Source: Squalus acanthias (Eukaryota). From it: a DNA stretch of 64,000 bases. This document shows, in pieces, positions 50,888 to 62,832 of this stretch. The stretch lies in the NCBI GenBank assembly GCA_030390025.1, contig CM059446.1, positions 43,276,001-43,340,000 on the forward strand. Reading direction: 5' to 3'. Position 1 is the first letter of the stretch. Every line of letters begins with the position of its first letter. The notes under the pieces are model-generated. The model was given only the letters and a program-made list of their open reading frames with translations, did not search any database and was not told where the DNA came from. The position numbers and the translations under genes were made by a program.

Positions 50888-51724
50888 GTTGGATCCTGTG
50901 TCAACACTTCAACACATTGCAGACCATTTAGCTAGTATCCAGTGAATGTTACACTTCAATAAGGGGGGGATACCTTTCCACTTCTTAACCCTGATAAAAA
51001 TAACCCAGTCAATAAAGAGTTAACTTAAGAAGTGTGACATTGCTGTAAACCTATCCTCAAGTTATCTTCAGCTCTTCAAAAAAAAGTTAAAAAAATAAAA
51101 TGAGAAGTAAAATTAAATTACAAATTTCTGCTTATTCAAAGGCTATCAAAGAATGAAATTGTAGAGCTAAACTCCTGAATACAATAGTAAGTAATGAAAG
51201 TACATTTTTACACTCTTTTTGGGTGTCCCCACATTACTTCCTTGCTTGGAGGGTGGGAAGGTGACATATCATGTATCATACATGTGCTTGTGGATGCACA
51301 ATAGTGCTCCATATTTTAAAGAAAATCTGAGCGCCCAGTGTGTGTGGCCAATATAACCTGGCTGAAACAATTATGGTGCTCTGGATAATGTCCCTAAGAA
51401 TTGGGACTTTGTGGGTAGAATAAGGGATATGGGTTTTTCCTTGGAAGGAGGGAGGGAAAATCAGTCCCACAGGCTGCTTTCATTCAGCTCCTAGTTGGTA
51501 GTACCGCAGCACTAGCAAAGGCCAGTCTGCTACCAAGTCACCTGACTGTTCCTCTGGAGCCTGGAGAACAAAGAATGGAGAGGGGGGGGAGTTGGTGAAG
51601 AGCCAATTTGCTTGTGGTGTGAAAATGTGCTTGTGCTGTGCCATGCCGTTGAAGGAAGTAAGATCCTGTGATTCTTGCTATTTATGCATATTGGAAGTTT
51701 TAATTTCAAGTCGCAGGGACAAGC

Positions 51725-52150
51725 GACTTCAGTTATATGGAGAGACTGGAGAAGCTGGGATTGTTCTCTTTAGAGCAGAGACGGTTAAGGGGGGATTTAA
51801 GAGAGGTGGTTTAAATTGAGGGGTTTTGATAGAGTAAGTAAGGAGAAACTGTTTCCATTGGCGGGAGGGTCGATAACTAGAGGACACTGGCAAAAGAACC
51901 AGAGAGGAGATGAGGATAAATTTTTTAATGCAGTGAGTTGTTATGATGTAGAATGCAGTGCTTGAAAGGGTGGTGGAACCAGATTTAATAGTAACTTTCA
52001 AAAGGGAATTGGATAAATACTTAAAAAGGAAAAATTTGCAGGGCTATGGGGAAAGAGTGGGGAGTGGAACTAATTGAATAGCTCTTTCAAAGAGCCGGCA
52101 CAGGCACGATGGGTCAAATGGCCTCCTTCTGTACTACTGTAAGATTCTAT
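51725..52150 (+). mobile_element. CR1-clade LINE 3' end
   Basis: GLFSLE-like and KLFPL-like remnants; tail aaatggcctccttctgt...gattctat, which resumes as gattct after the MITE at 52847. Confidence 0.75.
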
Positions 52151-52843
52151 GGGGGAAAAATTGGGTTGCTTTGCGCCTCCCGTTAGCGCCCTAAGAGGGC
52201 GCTAACGGGGCGCAAAGCAACAAGTGCCCAGGCGCGGCGCCGCCAACGCCTCCCGTGAAATTCAGCGGGAGGTTAGCAGCGGCACTAACCGTTAACGCCC
52301 CGTGGCGTTGCGTCGCCGGCGATGACGTCATCGCCGGGCGCAGCGCCCCGGCCGCGATCTTCGGTAGCGCCCCTGACTTACCGCCGGACGCTATGTCCGA
52401 CGGGGTAAGGGGGGCCTACCTGCGGCCGGGGCGGCGCTATTTAAAGGCGAGGTGCCGGGCAGTCATTTTTGTTGCTGGCCGCCTGCCAGCACCTGCCTCC
52501 GCTCCCGTCCCCGACCTCCTTACCCACCCCCCTGCGGAGTGCCGGCTGCGCTCCAGGAGCCCGGCACTTCTCGAGTGCTGGACCAACTTGCCAGCACTCC
52601 CGATCCCCGGGGGCCCAGCTGGGCCCCGGGTCGCGCTGCGCAAGGCCCCTCCCCTTTAAGAAGTGTAGGAAGGCTTGCAATACTGCGGCAAGTAGCGCCG
52701 CTATATTCCCTCGGAGCGCCCCAAGAGGGAGGTGGGGTGCTTCCAGTAGCGCCCCACTTCCCTCTTGGGGCGCAACCACTCAATTTTGGTAGCGCCCCAG
52801 CGAAGTTAGCGCCCCAAAGGGGGCGCGACTCAATTTTTCGCCC
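52151..52843 (+). mobile_element. GC-rich MITE sharing the family X left end but with a different interior
   Basis: Starts gggggaaaaattgggttgctttgcgcctcccgttagcgcc, ends actcaatttttcgccc. Exact 3-bp TSD TAT (52148-52150, 52844-52846). Confidence 0.85.
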
Positions 52844-52958
52844 TATGATTCTGATTCAAGCTTTTTTCTTGGTACATTATTTGGACCGTTTAAAGAAATG
52901 TTTCTTTCTTCTTTTCCCCCTTCCCCCACTTTCATTTTACCGCTGTTACCTTATGCAG

Positions 52959-53129
52959 ATGGCTGAGATGAGTAAGGATTCTCAGAGGTCAAGCCTTGAT
53001 CTGCGGAAGGAGGTTGATGAGTACAAGGAAAAGAATCGCAATCAACTGACTGTCCTGCAGCAGCAACTGAAAACTAAAGCCCTGGAGGCTGAGAAATCTC
53101 AACTAATAACTAAGAAACTGCAGGATGAG
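52959..53129 (+). CDS. CGNL1: CGNL1 internal exon I
   Basis: ccttatgcag|ATG ... GAG|gtaatg. 171 bp; MAEMSKDSQRSSLDLRKEVDEYKEKNRNQLTVLQQQLKTKALEAEKSQLITKKLQDE (DEYKEKNR and LEAEKS motifs). Confidence 0.94.
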
Positions 53130-54319
53130 GTAATGCAAGATAACTATGTTTATTTAACCTTTGACCAAAGGACTTCTAAAGAAAGTTCAATTCAGTGGAA
53201 AGTTGAACAAATTCTTAACTTAACACAGAAACTGCTATTGCATTGGTAAAATGACATTTTAGAAATGTTTATTTGGACCCAAGGTTCATTTTGTAGAATA
53301 AGAGTGGCAGAAAAGTATATTTGCCATTTGCATCATTCTAAACCTTGTAAAAGATTGTTGTGAAATTGTGATAACTTGGACTTCCTAAATATCTTTATAC
53401 AGAAACCATTTGCACCTTCATTGCCACATATATGACATGTGCTTTCAATATTATTAACTACAAAAAAACGATTATTAGCTTTTCTACCTAATCCTCAGAT
53501 TTTTTTTCCCCCATTAAAAAGCTCCTTGATTTGTTGTACGTACTTCAGACAAAACATTTAATAATTTATTTAAGTAGTGTTTCAGAATTTCTAGACTGGT
53601 GGGCTCAGTTGCTTGCAGTATACTCAAAGCTTCTTGCTCTCTGTTAGAGAAAGAAAGAGTACATTAAAGAACAAAACCCTACACGTTCAAGAGTTGGTCA
53701 GCCATAGACAAATACATTTATGAACTTTTGCTCAGCAACCAAAGCATAAACTTGTTCATACACTGTAATCCTAATTGGCAGAGTGAAACTTTTCAGCAAC
53801 AGGCTTACCAGCATTCCTTTGAAAGAACCATTCATTCCACACCTGTTTATGTCCTATTTTATCTGATGATCAACCCTAACCCCATCCTTTGCCAATGCAA
53901 AACTTTTCCAAAAGTGGCATCTCTATTGCCAAAAAATATGTCTTCAAAATGCCAATCATATTGAGACATCACGCTAAACTTTCTCTCCCATTTATTTTAG
54001 CGTGGGCATATACACGTTCCATAAGAATGAATCCCAAAACTGTCAACCGATTTCCCATTGAAAGCACTGGAAATTGTGACCAACAGTTAAAGATTACAAA
54101 AGCCACACTTGGGAACCTGAGGTTTCTTTGTTTCCTTAAAAATTTCCTGTCCTCACCAGTTGGCTTCAGAACAAACTGGTTGCTTTGTGGCATTCTTAAT
54201 TCACAATCTTGTGATGCTAAAAGTGGGTGGTGATTCTCTTTGTGTTTACCATAAGGTTAAAAAAAGTAGCCCCTGGCATTTCTAGAGCATCCTAGTTTCA
54301 CTGAGAAACTGGTCTCTGG

Positions 54320-54697
54320 TGCCAGACTTGGCTCAGTGGTAGCATTCTTGCCTCTGAGTCAGAAGGTTGCATTCCAGTTCCAACCCAGAGACTAGAGCAC
54401 ATCATCTAGGCTGACACTTCAGTGCAGTACTGAGGGAGTGCTGCACTGTCAGAGGTGTGATGTCGTTTTGCTTGAGATGTTAAACTGAGGCCCCTGTCTG
54501 CCTGGTCAGATCCCGTGGCACTTTTGGAAGAGTGTCCCTGCCAACATTAATCTCATTGTTGTTTATGGGACCTTGCTAAATTGGCTACTACATTTCCCTA
54601 CAGTGAGGACATTTCAAAAGTGCTTCATTGTGCTGCGAAGCACGTTGGGATGTCCTGAGATTGTGAAAGGCGCTTTATAAATGCAAGTTTGTTTTTT
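54320..54697 (+). mobile_element. DeuSINE (SacSINE1-like): tRNA head, Deu-domain-like core, L2-type tail
   Basis: A box tggctcagtgg; core ctaggctgacacttcagtgcagtactgagggagtgctgcactgtcagagg; tail gtgaaaggcgctttataaatgcaagtt. Confidence 0.75.
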
Positions 54698-55550
54698 TCT
54701 GCTCTCTTTTTGGCATAAGTGGTGACCTGCTAAACTGAACAAAGAATGCTAGTCATAAAGCTTCATGCTTCTGCCTCGGGAACACTCTCCCAGATAATGC
54801 TGCTACCTGGAGTTCTGTTGTTTAAATATAGGCCTGACCGTTTCTAGCCGAACCAGGATTGCAGAAACACGCTGTTGCCTGATACAGTATAATTTCTCCA
54901 ATCCTTCTCTCTCCCCCAGCAGCCATGTCAAATTTGTGGGATGTCTTATTAAGTAGTTTCTAGTTCCACCCTGTTACATCTGCTAATATGCCATGGAAAA
55001 AAATATCCCGTCTAATCTGGGTTGCACTAATTTGGGAGATGGCAGCTCAATCCTGCTTGCCAGTACTTTAGCACGAATCTTAAGATCACAAGTCAGGAAT
55101 GAGTACATCTGGTAGGAGGTGCATTTTGGGGTATCTCTACATTTCTAATTATCTAGTTAATTCACTGCATCTCAGAATGTGTCAGATGCAATTATATAGG
55201 TTCTACAGCAAACTTTATTGTTACAAATAGTCACAAGGATGTCCAATTTTCAAATTTGACCAAACTTTCTAAAACCTGCTTAAGGGAGGTTGTAATATCG
55301 TGCACTCAATTATTAATCTTCGGAAGGTTGAGGGGGTCTAGGAATTATCACACCTCTACATCACTTGATCCACATTGAGCAGGATATAGTTTCCTCATGG
55401 AATTATGGAAATTCCGAGTGCATGTCTTCCTGTCGGTGTGGATAGAATCTCCTGTAGCGCCAAGAAAACATCTGGTTCTCTCGCTGAAGCTGGTGTACAA
55501 AAAGGCAGTTTTCATGATATTTTTATTTTATGTTGACTCTCCTCCTGTTT

Positions 55551-57598
55551 GAGGGGTGGAGGGGGGTGGGGGAATGGTGGAGGGGGGGGTGGGGGGATGG
55601 TGGAGGGGGGGTGGAGGGGGGTGGGGGAATGGTGGAGGGGGGTGGGGGAATGGTGGAGGGGGGGTGGGGGGATGGTGGAGGGGGGGTGGGGGGATGGTGG
55701 AGGGGGGGTGGGGGGATGGTGGAGGGGGGGGTGGGGGGATGGTGGAGGGGGGGTGGGGGGATGGTGGAGGGGGGGTGGGGGGGGCGGGGGGTGGGGGGAT
55801 GGTGGAGGGGGGGGTGGGGGGGGGGGGGGGTGGGGGGATGGTGGAGGGGGGGGTNNNNNNNNNNNNNNNNNNNNNNNNNNNNNNNNNNNNNNNNNNNNNN
55901 NNNNNNNNNNNNNNNNNNNNNNNNNNNNNNNNNNNNNNNNNNNNNNNNNNNNNNNNNNNNNNNNNNNNNNNNNNNNNNNNNNNNNNNNNNNNNNNNNNNN
56001 NNNNNNNNNNNNNNNNNNNNNNNNNNNNNNNNNNNNNNNNNNNNNNNNNNNNNNNNNNNNNNNNNNNNNNNNNNNNNNNNNNNNNNNNNNNNNNNNNNNN
56101 NNNNNNNNNNNNNNNNNNNNNNNNNNNNNNNNNNNNNNNNNNNNNNNNNNNNNNNNNNNNNNNNNNNNNNNNNNNNNNNNNNNNNNNNNNNNNNNNNNNN
56201 NNNNNNNNNNNNNNNNNNNNNNNNNNNNNNNNNNNNNNNNNNNNNNNNNNNNNNNNNNNNNNNNNNNNNNNNNNNNNNNNNNNNNNNNNNNNNNNNNNNN
56301 NNNNNNNNNNNNNNNNNNNNNNNNNNNNNNNNNNNNNNNNNNNNNNNNNNNNNNNNNNNNNNNNNNNNNNNNNNNNNNNNNNNNNNNNNNNNNNNNNNNN
56401 NNNNNNNNNNNNNNNNNNNNNNNNNNNNNNNNNNNNNNNNNNNNNNNNNNNNNNNGGGGATGGTGGAGGGGGGGTGGGGGGATGGTGGAGGGGGGGTGGG
56501 GGATGGTGGAGGGGGGGGTGGAGGGGGGGTGGGGTGGGGGGGGGGTGGGGGGATGGTGGAGGGGGGGATGGTGGCGGGGGGATGGTGGAGGGGGGATGGT
56601 GGAGGGGGGGTGGGGGGATGGTGGAGGGGGATGGTGGAGGGGGGGATGGTGGAGGGGGGGTGGGGGGATGGTGGAGGGGGGATGGTGGCGGGGGGGTGGG
56701 GGGATGGTGGAGGGGGGGTGGAGGGGGGATGGGGGGATGGTGGGTGGGGGATGGGGGGATGGGGGGCGGGGGGGATGGTGGAGGGGGGGCGGGGGGATGG
56801 TGGAGGGGGGGTGGAGGGATGGTGGAGGGGGGGCGGGGGGATGGTGGAGGGGGGGATGGTGGCGGGGGGGTGGGGGGATGGTGGAGGGGGGGCGGGGGGA
56901 TGGTGGAGGGGGGGAGGGGGGATGGTGGAGGGGGGGCGGGGGATGGTGGAGGGGGGGGAGGGGGATGGTGGAGGGGGGGCGGGGGGATGGTGGAGGGGGG
57001 GCGGGGGGGATGGTGGAGGGGGGATGGTGGAGGGGGGATGGTGGAGGGGGGGATGGTGGCGGGGGGGTGGGGGATGGTGGAGGGGGGGTGGGGGGATGGT
57101 GGAGGGGGGTGGGGGGATGGTGATGGGGGGGTGGGGGGGATGGTGGAGGGGGGCGGGGGGATGGTGGAGGGGGGGTGGGGGGATGGTGGAGGGGGGGTGG
57201 GGGGGATGGTGGAGGGGGGGTGGGGGGGATGGTGGAGGGGGGTGGGGGGGATGGTGGAGGGGGGGTGGGGGGGATGGTGGAGGGGGGGGGTGGGGGGGAT
57301 GGTGGAGGGGGGGATGGTGGAGGGGGGGTGGGGGGGATGGTGGAGGGGGGGTGGGGGGGGGATGGTGGAGGGGGGGTGGGGGGGGGATGTGGAGGGGGGG
57401 CGGGGGGATGGTGGAGGGGGATGGTGGAGGGGGGGTGGGGGATGGTGGAGGGGGGGCGGGGGGGATGGTGGAGGGGGGGCGGGGGGGATGGTGGAGGGGG
57501 GGCGGGGGGGATGGTGGAGGGGGGGTGGGGGGATGGTGGAGGGGGGGGGGTGGGGGGATGGTGGAGGGGGGTGGTGGAGGGGGGGGTGGGGGGATGGG
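55551..57598. repeat. G-rich tandem repeat, unit about 20-22 bp (GGGGGATGGTGGAGGGGGGGT)n
   Basis: Directly visible on both sides of the N gap. Confidence 0.97.
55855..56455. other. Assembly gap (about 600 N)
   Basis: Run of N within the G-rich satellite. Confidence 0.99.
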
Positions 57599-58246
57599 TT
57601 GAGCTCACGTTGGACGCAGGTCGCCAGGCTTCTGTGGAGCCATTATCTTAATGTTGTTGCAGGAAGCTGGCAATCTTCCCTTCCAACTGGGTCTGTTTTG
57701 CTGTGCGCTTTGTTTTGCTTTGTTATAGAAGAGCAAGCAAAAATATCACAGTATCAAATTACGTTGACACTCTCTTAATAGCAAAGCACCTACATCAAGC
57801 TGCAGATGGATGAATTCATACATAAATTCTCAGTAACTGGGTACTGATCCAATCTAGCAGTACTTCTAATGCAGTCTACAAGTACAAAAAAATGATTTTG
57901 AATTATGAGGAGTAGTCTATTGTATTGCTCTACTAATCCTAATACGGAGTTAGACAGTCAAAAATAATCAATTATGGAATAGCTACTATGAAATAGAAAA
58001 AAAAGAGTGAAGGTCGCTCTTGGATTTAACTTGTGTCAAACGGGGTCTAAATCCTTACTGCGCGGCTCTTTTTTGAAAAGCCACGTTGCAGTGCAGCCAT
58101 TAATTCATGCAGTGCAGCTAAATCCTGCAGGACGTTGGGGAAACCCTTACATCCGGGGTTCCCGTCTGGAAGTCCTCCCCCCACCTGCCCACCCCGGTTT
58201 TCTTTGTGGCCCTGAGTAAATATTGGTGCCAACGTTTCAGGTCCAT

Positions 58247-58285
58247 CAGTTCTGATGAAAGGTCATCGACCTGAAACGTTAACTG
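58247..58285 (+). ncRNA. Minimal type I hammerhead ribozyme motif
   Basis: CAGUU CUGAUGA a AGGUC auc GACCU GAAA cg UU AACUG. 5-bp stem I, intact core, 5-bp stem II, palindromic ACGU stem III; predicted cleavage after 58280. Confidence 0.75.
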
Positions 58286-59225
58286 TGTTTCTCACTCTCT
58301 CCACAGAGGCTGCCGGACCTGCTGAGTGTTTCCAGCATTCTCTGTCTTAATTTAATAACTTTGCTTGAAACTCATAACCCTTTTACATATGAATGTGGTC
58401 CCTTTGGTAGTTCAGTTGTTGAATGGATAAAAAGAGTTAAGCTCATCATAATTTAATTATTATCTTCAAAGATCAGGTTTTTTAAACCAAAATCATCATC
58501 ATTAACCAAATTGCCACTGATGTTTTCTGTCAAAAATCTGTTTGTTTGCAATTGTTTCCGAACTTGAAGATGCCCCATAACCAATTTAGTCCCACTGACC
58601 AAGATCATATAACTCATCTGCCATGTATTTACTTCCTTCTATGTAATCTCAGTGTTGGCTCAGATTTTCTCTCTTGCATCCCTCTGCACCAAATTCATGA
58701 AGTGGAATTTGAGCACAATGGACAAGATATGTGGTTGTTTTAAATTCAGTTCAGATATTTAATAAATTTGATGTTTTATATTCTAGTGAGTACTATGGAT
58801 TCAATCAGAAATAATTGCTGGAGATTATGAAGCTGTAATGTTGAATAAAATTGCTTATTGTACTGATCGGTATTGATAAGGTTCCAGTGAAGGCTTGTCA
58901 TGTTACTGCCATCTATTGGCTAGAGGTGGGATCTCTAGTGTTGCGCATCATTTAAAAAAAAATCTCATTTCCTTGTTTTCCCACGCCCAAGCCATTAAAG
59001 AAAACGGGTAGATGACTGGTTTGTGTGCCCCACTTCTCTGCCGTTGCTGCTCTCTGCGTGCTACTAGGGGGTAACCTGAGAGCAGCCCATGGTTGCTTGT
59101 TTGGCAGCTTTTCCCAAAGTGCGAAAACTGTAAAACAGGTGCAACAATTTTGAAATTAGGCCTCGGTATTTTTAAATAGAACAAGAGTATTTTATTTTCT
59201 AACGTAAGACTGCTTAAGACCTCTT

Positions 59226-59788
59226 GGGGTAAAAATTCGATTGCGTTTCGCCCAGTTTTCAAGTGCTAAATCGGCATTCCACATAGCGATTTTTGCGGTG
59301 GTACTTCCCGCGCAAGAAGTGCATATGATAGGCGGCGTCCACCATATTGATTAAAGTGTCCTTGGGTGTCTCTGGCGGCCACCTGAAATGAACGCTGGCT
59401 CATTAAAATATATAACTAGGGGTCGAGCGCTTCAGTTAGGACCCTTTTGGGGAAATTGGTGCCTGGGTGCGTTCAATTCAGTGATTCTTAAGCTCGCCAA
59501 GAAACACATGGCGCGAACACTCAGGAAGCAGGCTGCAGCAGCAGCAGCATTTAAAGGGACACCCACCTCCATTAAGATAAGTCTCTGGATAGTCGTTTTT
59601 GGCTGCTTGAGATTTTTGGCGCCATTCTTTGGCTGAGTTTGGAAAGTCTTTAATATTAACTAGTTGTTGGGAGAGCTGACCTTTGGCTGCAGCTGCACTC
59701 TGTCACTTCACTGGCTGCAGGAGTACTGGGAAAGATGGGAGTCTTGCTGGGAATGCCATTGAGGCTGCCACACCAGGAGGAACAGCAG
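59226..59788 (+). mobile_element. Left end of a Harbinger-type element (truncated)
   Basis: Terminal ggggtaaaaattcg resembles the family X TIR; CpG-rich subterminal region, tttaaaggga box and a following ATG segment. Confidence 0.45.
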
Positions 59789-60930
59789 GGAAATGCGGCC
59801 AACTTGCACACAGGAAAGTCCCACAAACAGCGACGAGATAAACGACCAGTTAATCTGTTTAATGGTTATCCACTTTGGCAGGAAAAATTAAAAAAGGCAA
59901 ATTATTATTTAAATGGAGAGAGATTACAAAAGGCTACAGTTCAGAGGGACCTGGGGGATCCTTGTGCATGAAACACAAAAAGTTAGCATGCAGGTACAGC
60001 AAGTAATCAAAAAGGCAAATGGAATGTTGGCCTTTATTGCAAGGGGGTTGGAGTATAAAAGCAGGGAAGTCTTGCTACAACTGTACAGGGTATTGGTAAG
60101 ACCACACCTTGAGTACTGCGTACAGTTTTGGTCTCCTTATTTAAGGAAGGATATACTTGCATTGGAGGCAGTTCAGAGACGATTCACTCGGTTGATTCCA
60201 GAGATGAGGGGGTTGACTTATGAAGAAAGGTTGGGCCTATACTCATTGGAATTTAGAAGAATGAGAGGTGATCTTATTGAAACATATAAGATACTGAGGG
60301 GGCTCGACAAGGTAGATGCAGAGAGGATGTTTCCCCTCGTGGGGAAATCTAGAACTCGGGGGCATAGTTTCAGAATAAAGGGTCGCTCTTTTAGAACTGA
60401 GATGAGGAGGAATTTCTTCTCTCAGTGGGTCGTAAATCTGTGGAATTCTCTGCCCCAGAGAGCCGTGGAGGCTGGGTCATTAAAGACATTTAAGGTGGAG
60501 CTAGACAGATTTTTGCAAGATAAGGGAGTGAAGGGTTATGGGGAGCGGGCAGGGAAGTGGCTTTGAGCCCAAGATCAGCCATGATCTTATTGAATGGTGG
60601 AGCAGGCTCGAGGGGCCAAGTGGCCTATTCCTGCTCCTATTTCTTATAATCTTATGGTGTCAATTTGAGGGATAAGTGTTCGTCAGGACACAGGGAGAAT
60701 TCCCCTGCTCTTCTTTGAATAGTGCCATGGGATCTTTTATGCCCAGCTGAGAGGGTAGACGGGGCCTTGGGTTAACATCTCATCGAAAGACAGCACCTCT
60801 GACAATGCAGCACTCCCTCATTACTACACTGAAGTGTCAGTCTAGATTATGTGCTCATCTCTCTGAAGTGGGGCTGAACCCACAACCTTCTGGCTCAGAG
60901 GCAAGAATGCTCCCACAGAGCAAAAGCTAA
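59789..60930 (-). mobile_element. DeuSINE (SacSINE1-like) split by a CR1 insertion
   Basis: 59789-59866 and 60657-60930 are consecutive parts of the reverse complement of the SINE at 54320-54697. Confidence 0.7.
59867..60656 (+). mobile_element. CR1-clade LINE 3' fragment
   Basis: 217-aa ORF with ANGMLAFIARG, LVRPHLEYCVQFWSP and VVNLWNSLP; tail gatcagccatgatcttattgaatggtggagcaggctcgagggg; short atggt repeat at both junctions. Confidence 0.93.
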
Positions 60931-61236
60931 CATTTAGGCATACTTATTTGGTTTTCAAAGCTTTATTGTCATAAAAAGTAATTTATGAAATCTAGGGGAA
61001 AAACTTATTTTCTTCACATTTAAATTGACTAATATGGCGATAATCACCAAAATAACTGAAGTTAAAATAATCTACTTTCAAAACATAAAATGCTGTAAAT
61101 ACACGCTAGGTCTGTAAAACTCTGATTAGAGAAACGATAGCCTTGTTGTACATGTCCAGGAATTTCTGTTTTTAGTTGAGCATTTACAATTTTTTTTTAA
61201 TAACCTGTTGGTATGGTCTGGGGTATTTTGGATCAG

Positions 61237-61398
61237 ATGCGGCAATTGCGAGAGGAGTTGGACGACTGTTACCACGAGCGAGATGAAGCAGTTGTGAAGT
61301 GCCAACAACTGAAGCAGAACGTCAGTGACCTAGAGTTCGACCTTGAAAGTAAAACGCATTTAAAAGACGATCGAGTGCGGCAGGTCAAGCAAATGGAG
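61237..61398 (+). CDS. CGNL1: CGNL1 internal exon J
   Basis: ttttggatcag|ATG ... GAG|gtgaac. 162 bp; MRQLREELDDCYHERDEAVVKCQQLKQNVSDLEFDLESKTHLKDDRVRQVKQME (HLKDDR motif). Confidence 0.92.
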
Positions 61399-62048
61399 GT
61401 GAACAAAAATTAGTGATCAAATTTACTTTTTCTTCACATTTTGCTCAGATTTCCATACCGGGAAAATCTGAATGCAGCATGGGTGTACCTGACTCTGCGG
61501 CTAATTTTAAAGCGATCCAACAGGTCACTGCAATCAAAGGTTTCATGGACCTTCCTTAAAAATGTTTTGCCTTCAAAGGGTAACTAAATATTTTTTGGTT
61601 TATTTATTTTTGTTGATGGTAGTTGGAAAAGTGAAACCATGAATAGGTATTGACATTGAAATCCTAGAAAACTGCTTATGATCAAACATAAAATAAAATG
61701 GTTCTAACACTCCTGAATTCATCAACAAATAAAATGTTAACGTCATAAATGTTAACGTAATGCGCCCTTTATATCTTTAGCAGCATGTTGTGCAAATGGA
61801 CTTCCATTAATTGATGAAAAACCTTTGCCTGTTTTTTTTTCAAAAACTAGAAGTCTCTGTGATGTAGTATTCGTTCAGTTATTCCGTACCTCTGTTCTAA
61901 AGAATTTTAAAGCTAGTGTATTTGCACACTAAGAGCCATTACTGAAGCATAATGCATCATACCTGTATAATAGGTGGAAACAGTACTATGAGAACAGTGG
62001 TTGTTATTTGTGAGCCCCTTTCCACTTCAACCTGATTTATGTTTGCAG

Positions 62049-62138
62049 GATAAATTGGCAGAGATGGAGATGGAGGTGGATGAGGAGAGAAGCAATTCAG
62101 ACCTTCTGACAGATCGCATCAGTAGAGACAGAGAACAG
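62049..62138 (+). CDS. CGNL1: CGNL1 internal exon K
   Basis: atgtttgcag|GAT ... CAG|gtaact. 90 bp; DKLAEMEMEVDEERSNSDLLTDRISRDREQ. Confidence 0.93.
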
Positions 62139-62710
62139 GTAACTAAGCCAGTTGTACTGACCTAGATAATAGATTGGGCCTTGTTGAAATAGATTGGTTT
62201 GTTGAAATTGCTGCCCAATCTACAGCATAAGAATTTATCTCTCAAAATGTACAGTTATAATGCCAATCCAGGAAAAAATAAAATATGGACAAAATTAAAT
62301 CAGCGGGATAGCATTTCCCCCACTAACATCTTGACAAAATAACTGACAAAATTTCAGGGCTTTAATGTTGCTTCAGAGGCCTAGAATGCCAACCACTAGA
62401 TTGATTCCCCTCCCCTGTGAACTAAGCAGCACAACTTACATTGTATTTGGGATAATGTGTAGACTTGTCAATCATAAAACCATGGTTTATATTTGTTGTT
62501 ATATTTTGCAGCAGGCATTGTCCGTGTGTGACTTGTTCAATAAATATTTACTGCTATAGCAGGTAGAAGAAAAACAGATCTCCTGCCATTGGCCTCACTC
62601 GTCACGACCCATTTGTTTCTGGAATTTGTAAGCTTCCGCCAGGTTCACCGGCTGCACGGCTCCCCTAATAAATGCATGGAGCCATCAAAAGCTGCTTAAT
62701 TAAAATACTC

Positions 62711-62832
62711 ACATAGGAACATGAGTAGGCCATTCAGCCCCTCGAACCTGTTCCGCCATTCAGTTAGATCATGATTGATCTGGATCTTAACTCCATCTAC
62801 CCGCCTTGGTTCCATAACCCTTAATACCCTTG
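62711..62832 (-). mobile_element. CR1 / HE1-type 3' tail
   Basis: gagtaggccattcagcccctcgaacctgttccgccattc is the reverse complement of the CR1 tail seen at 39120-39180. Confidence 0.75.

Noticed and set aside
54325-54400. tRNA gene candidate (A-box tggctcagtgg)
   Set aside because: It is the head of a SINE, continuing into the core and L2-type tail; no complete cloverleaf.
55512-57778. Very long Gly/Trp-rich and Pro/His-rich ORFs (524-740 aa)
   Set aside because: Artefacts of a stop-free G-rich satellite plus an N gap; no splice or domain evidence.
7289-62138. Alternative identity as cingulin (CGN) or a myosin heavy-chain tail
   Set aside because: KVNLVFEKIQTLKS, EIRDLQDQLSEMHDELD, DEYKEKNR and HLKDDR match CGNL1 as recalled; no myosin motor exons are seen.
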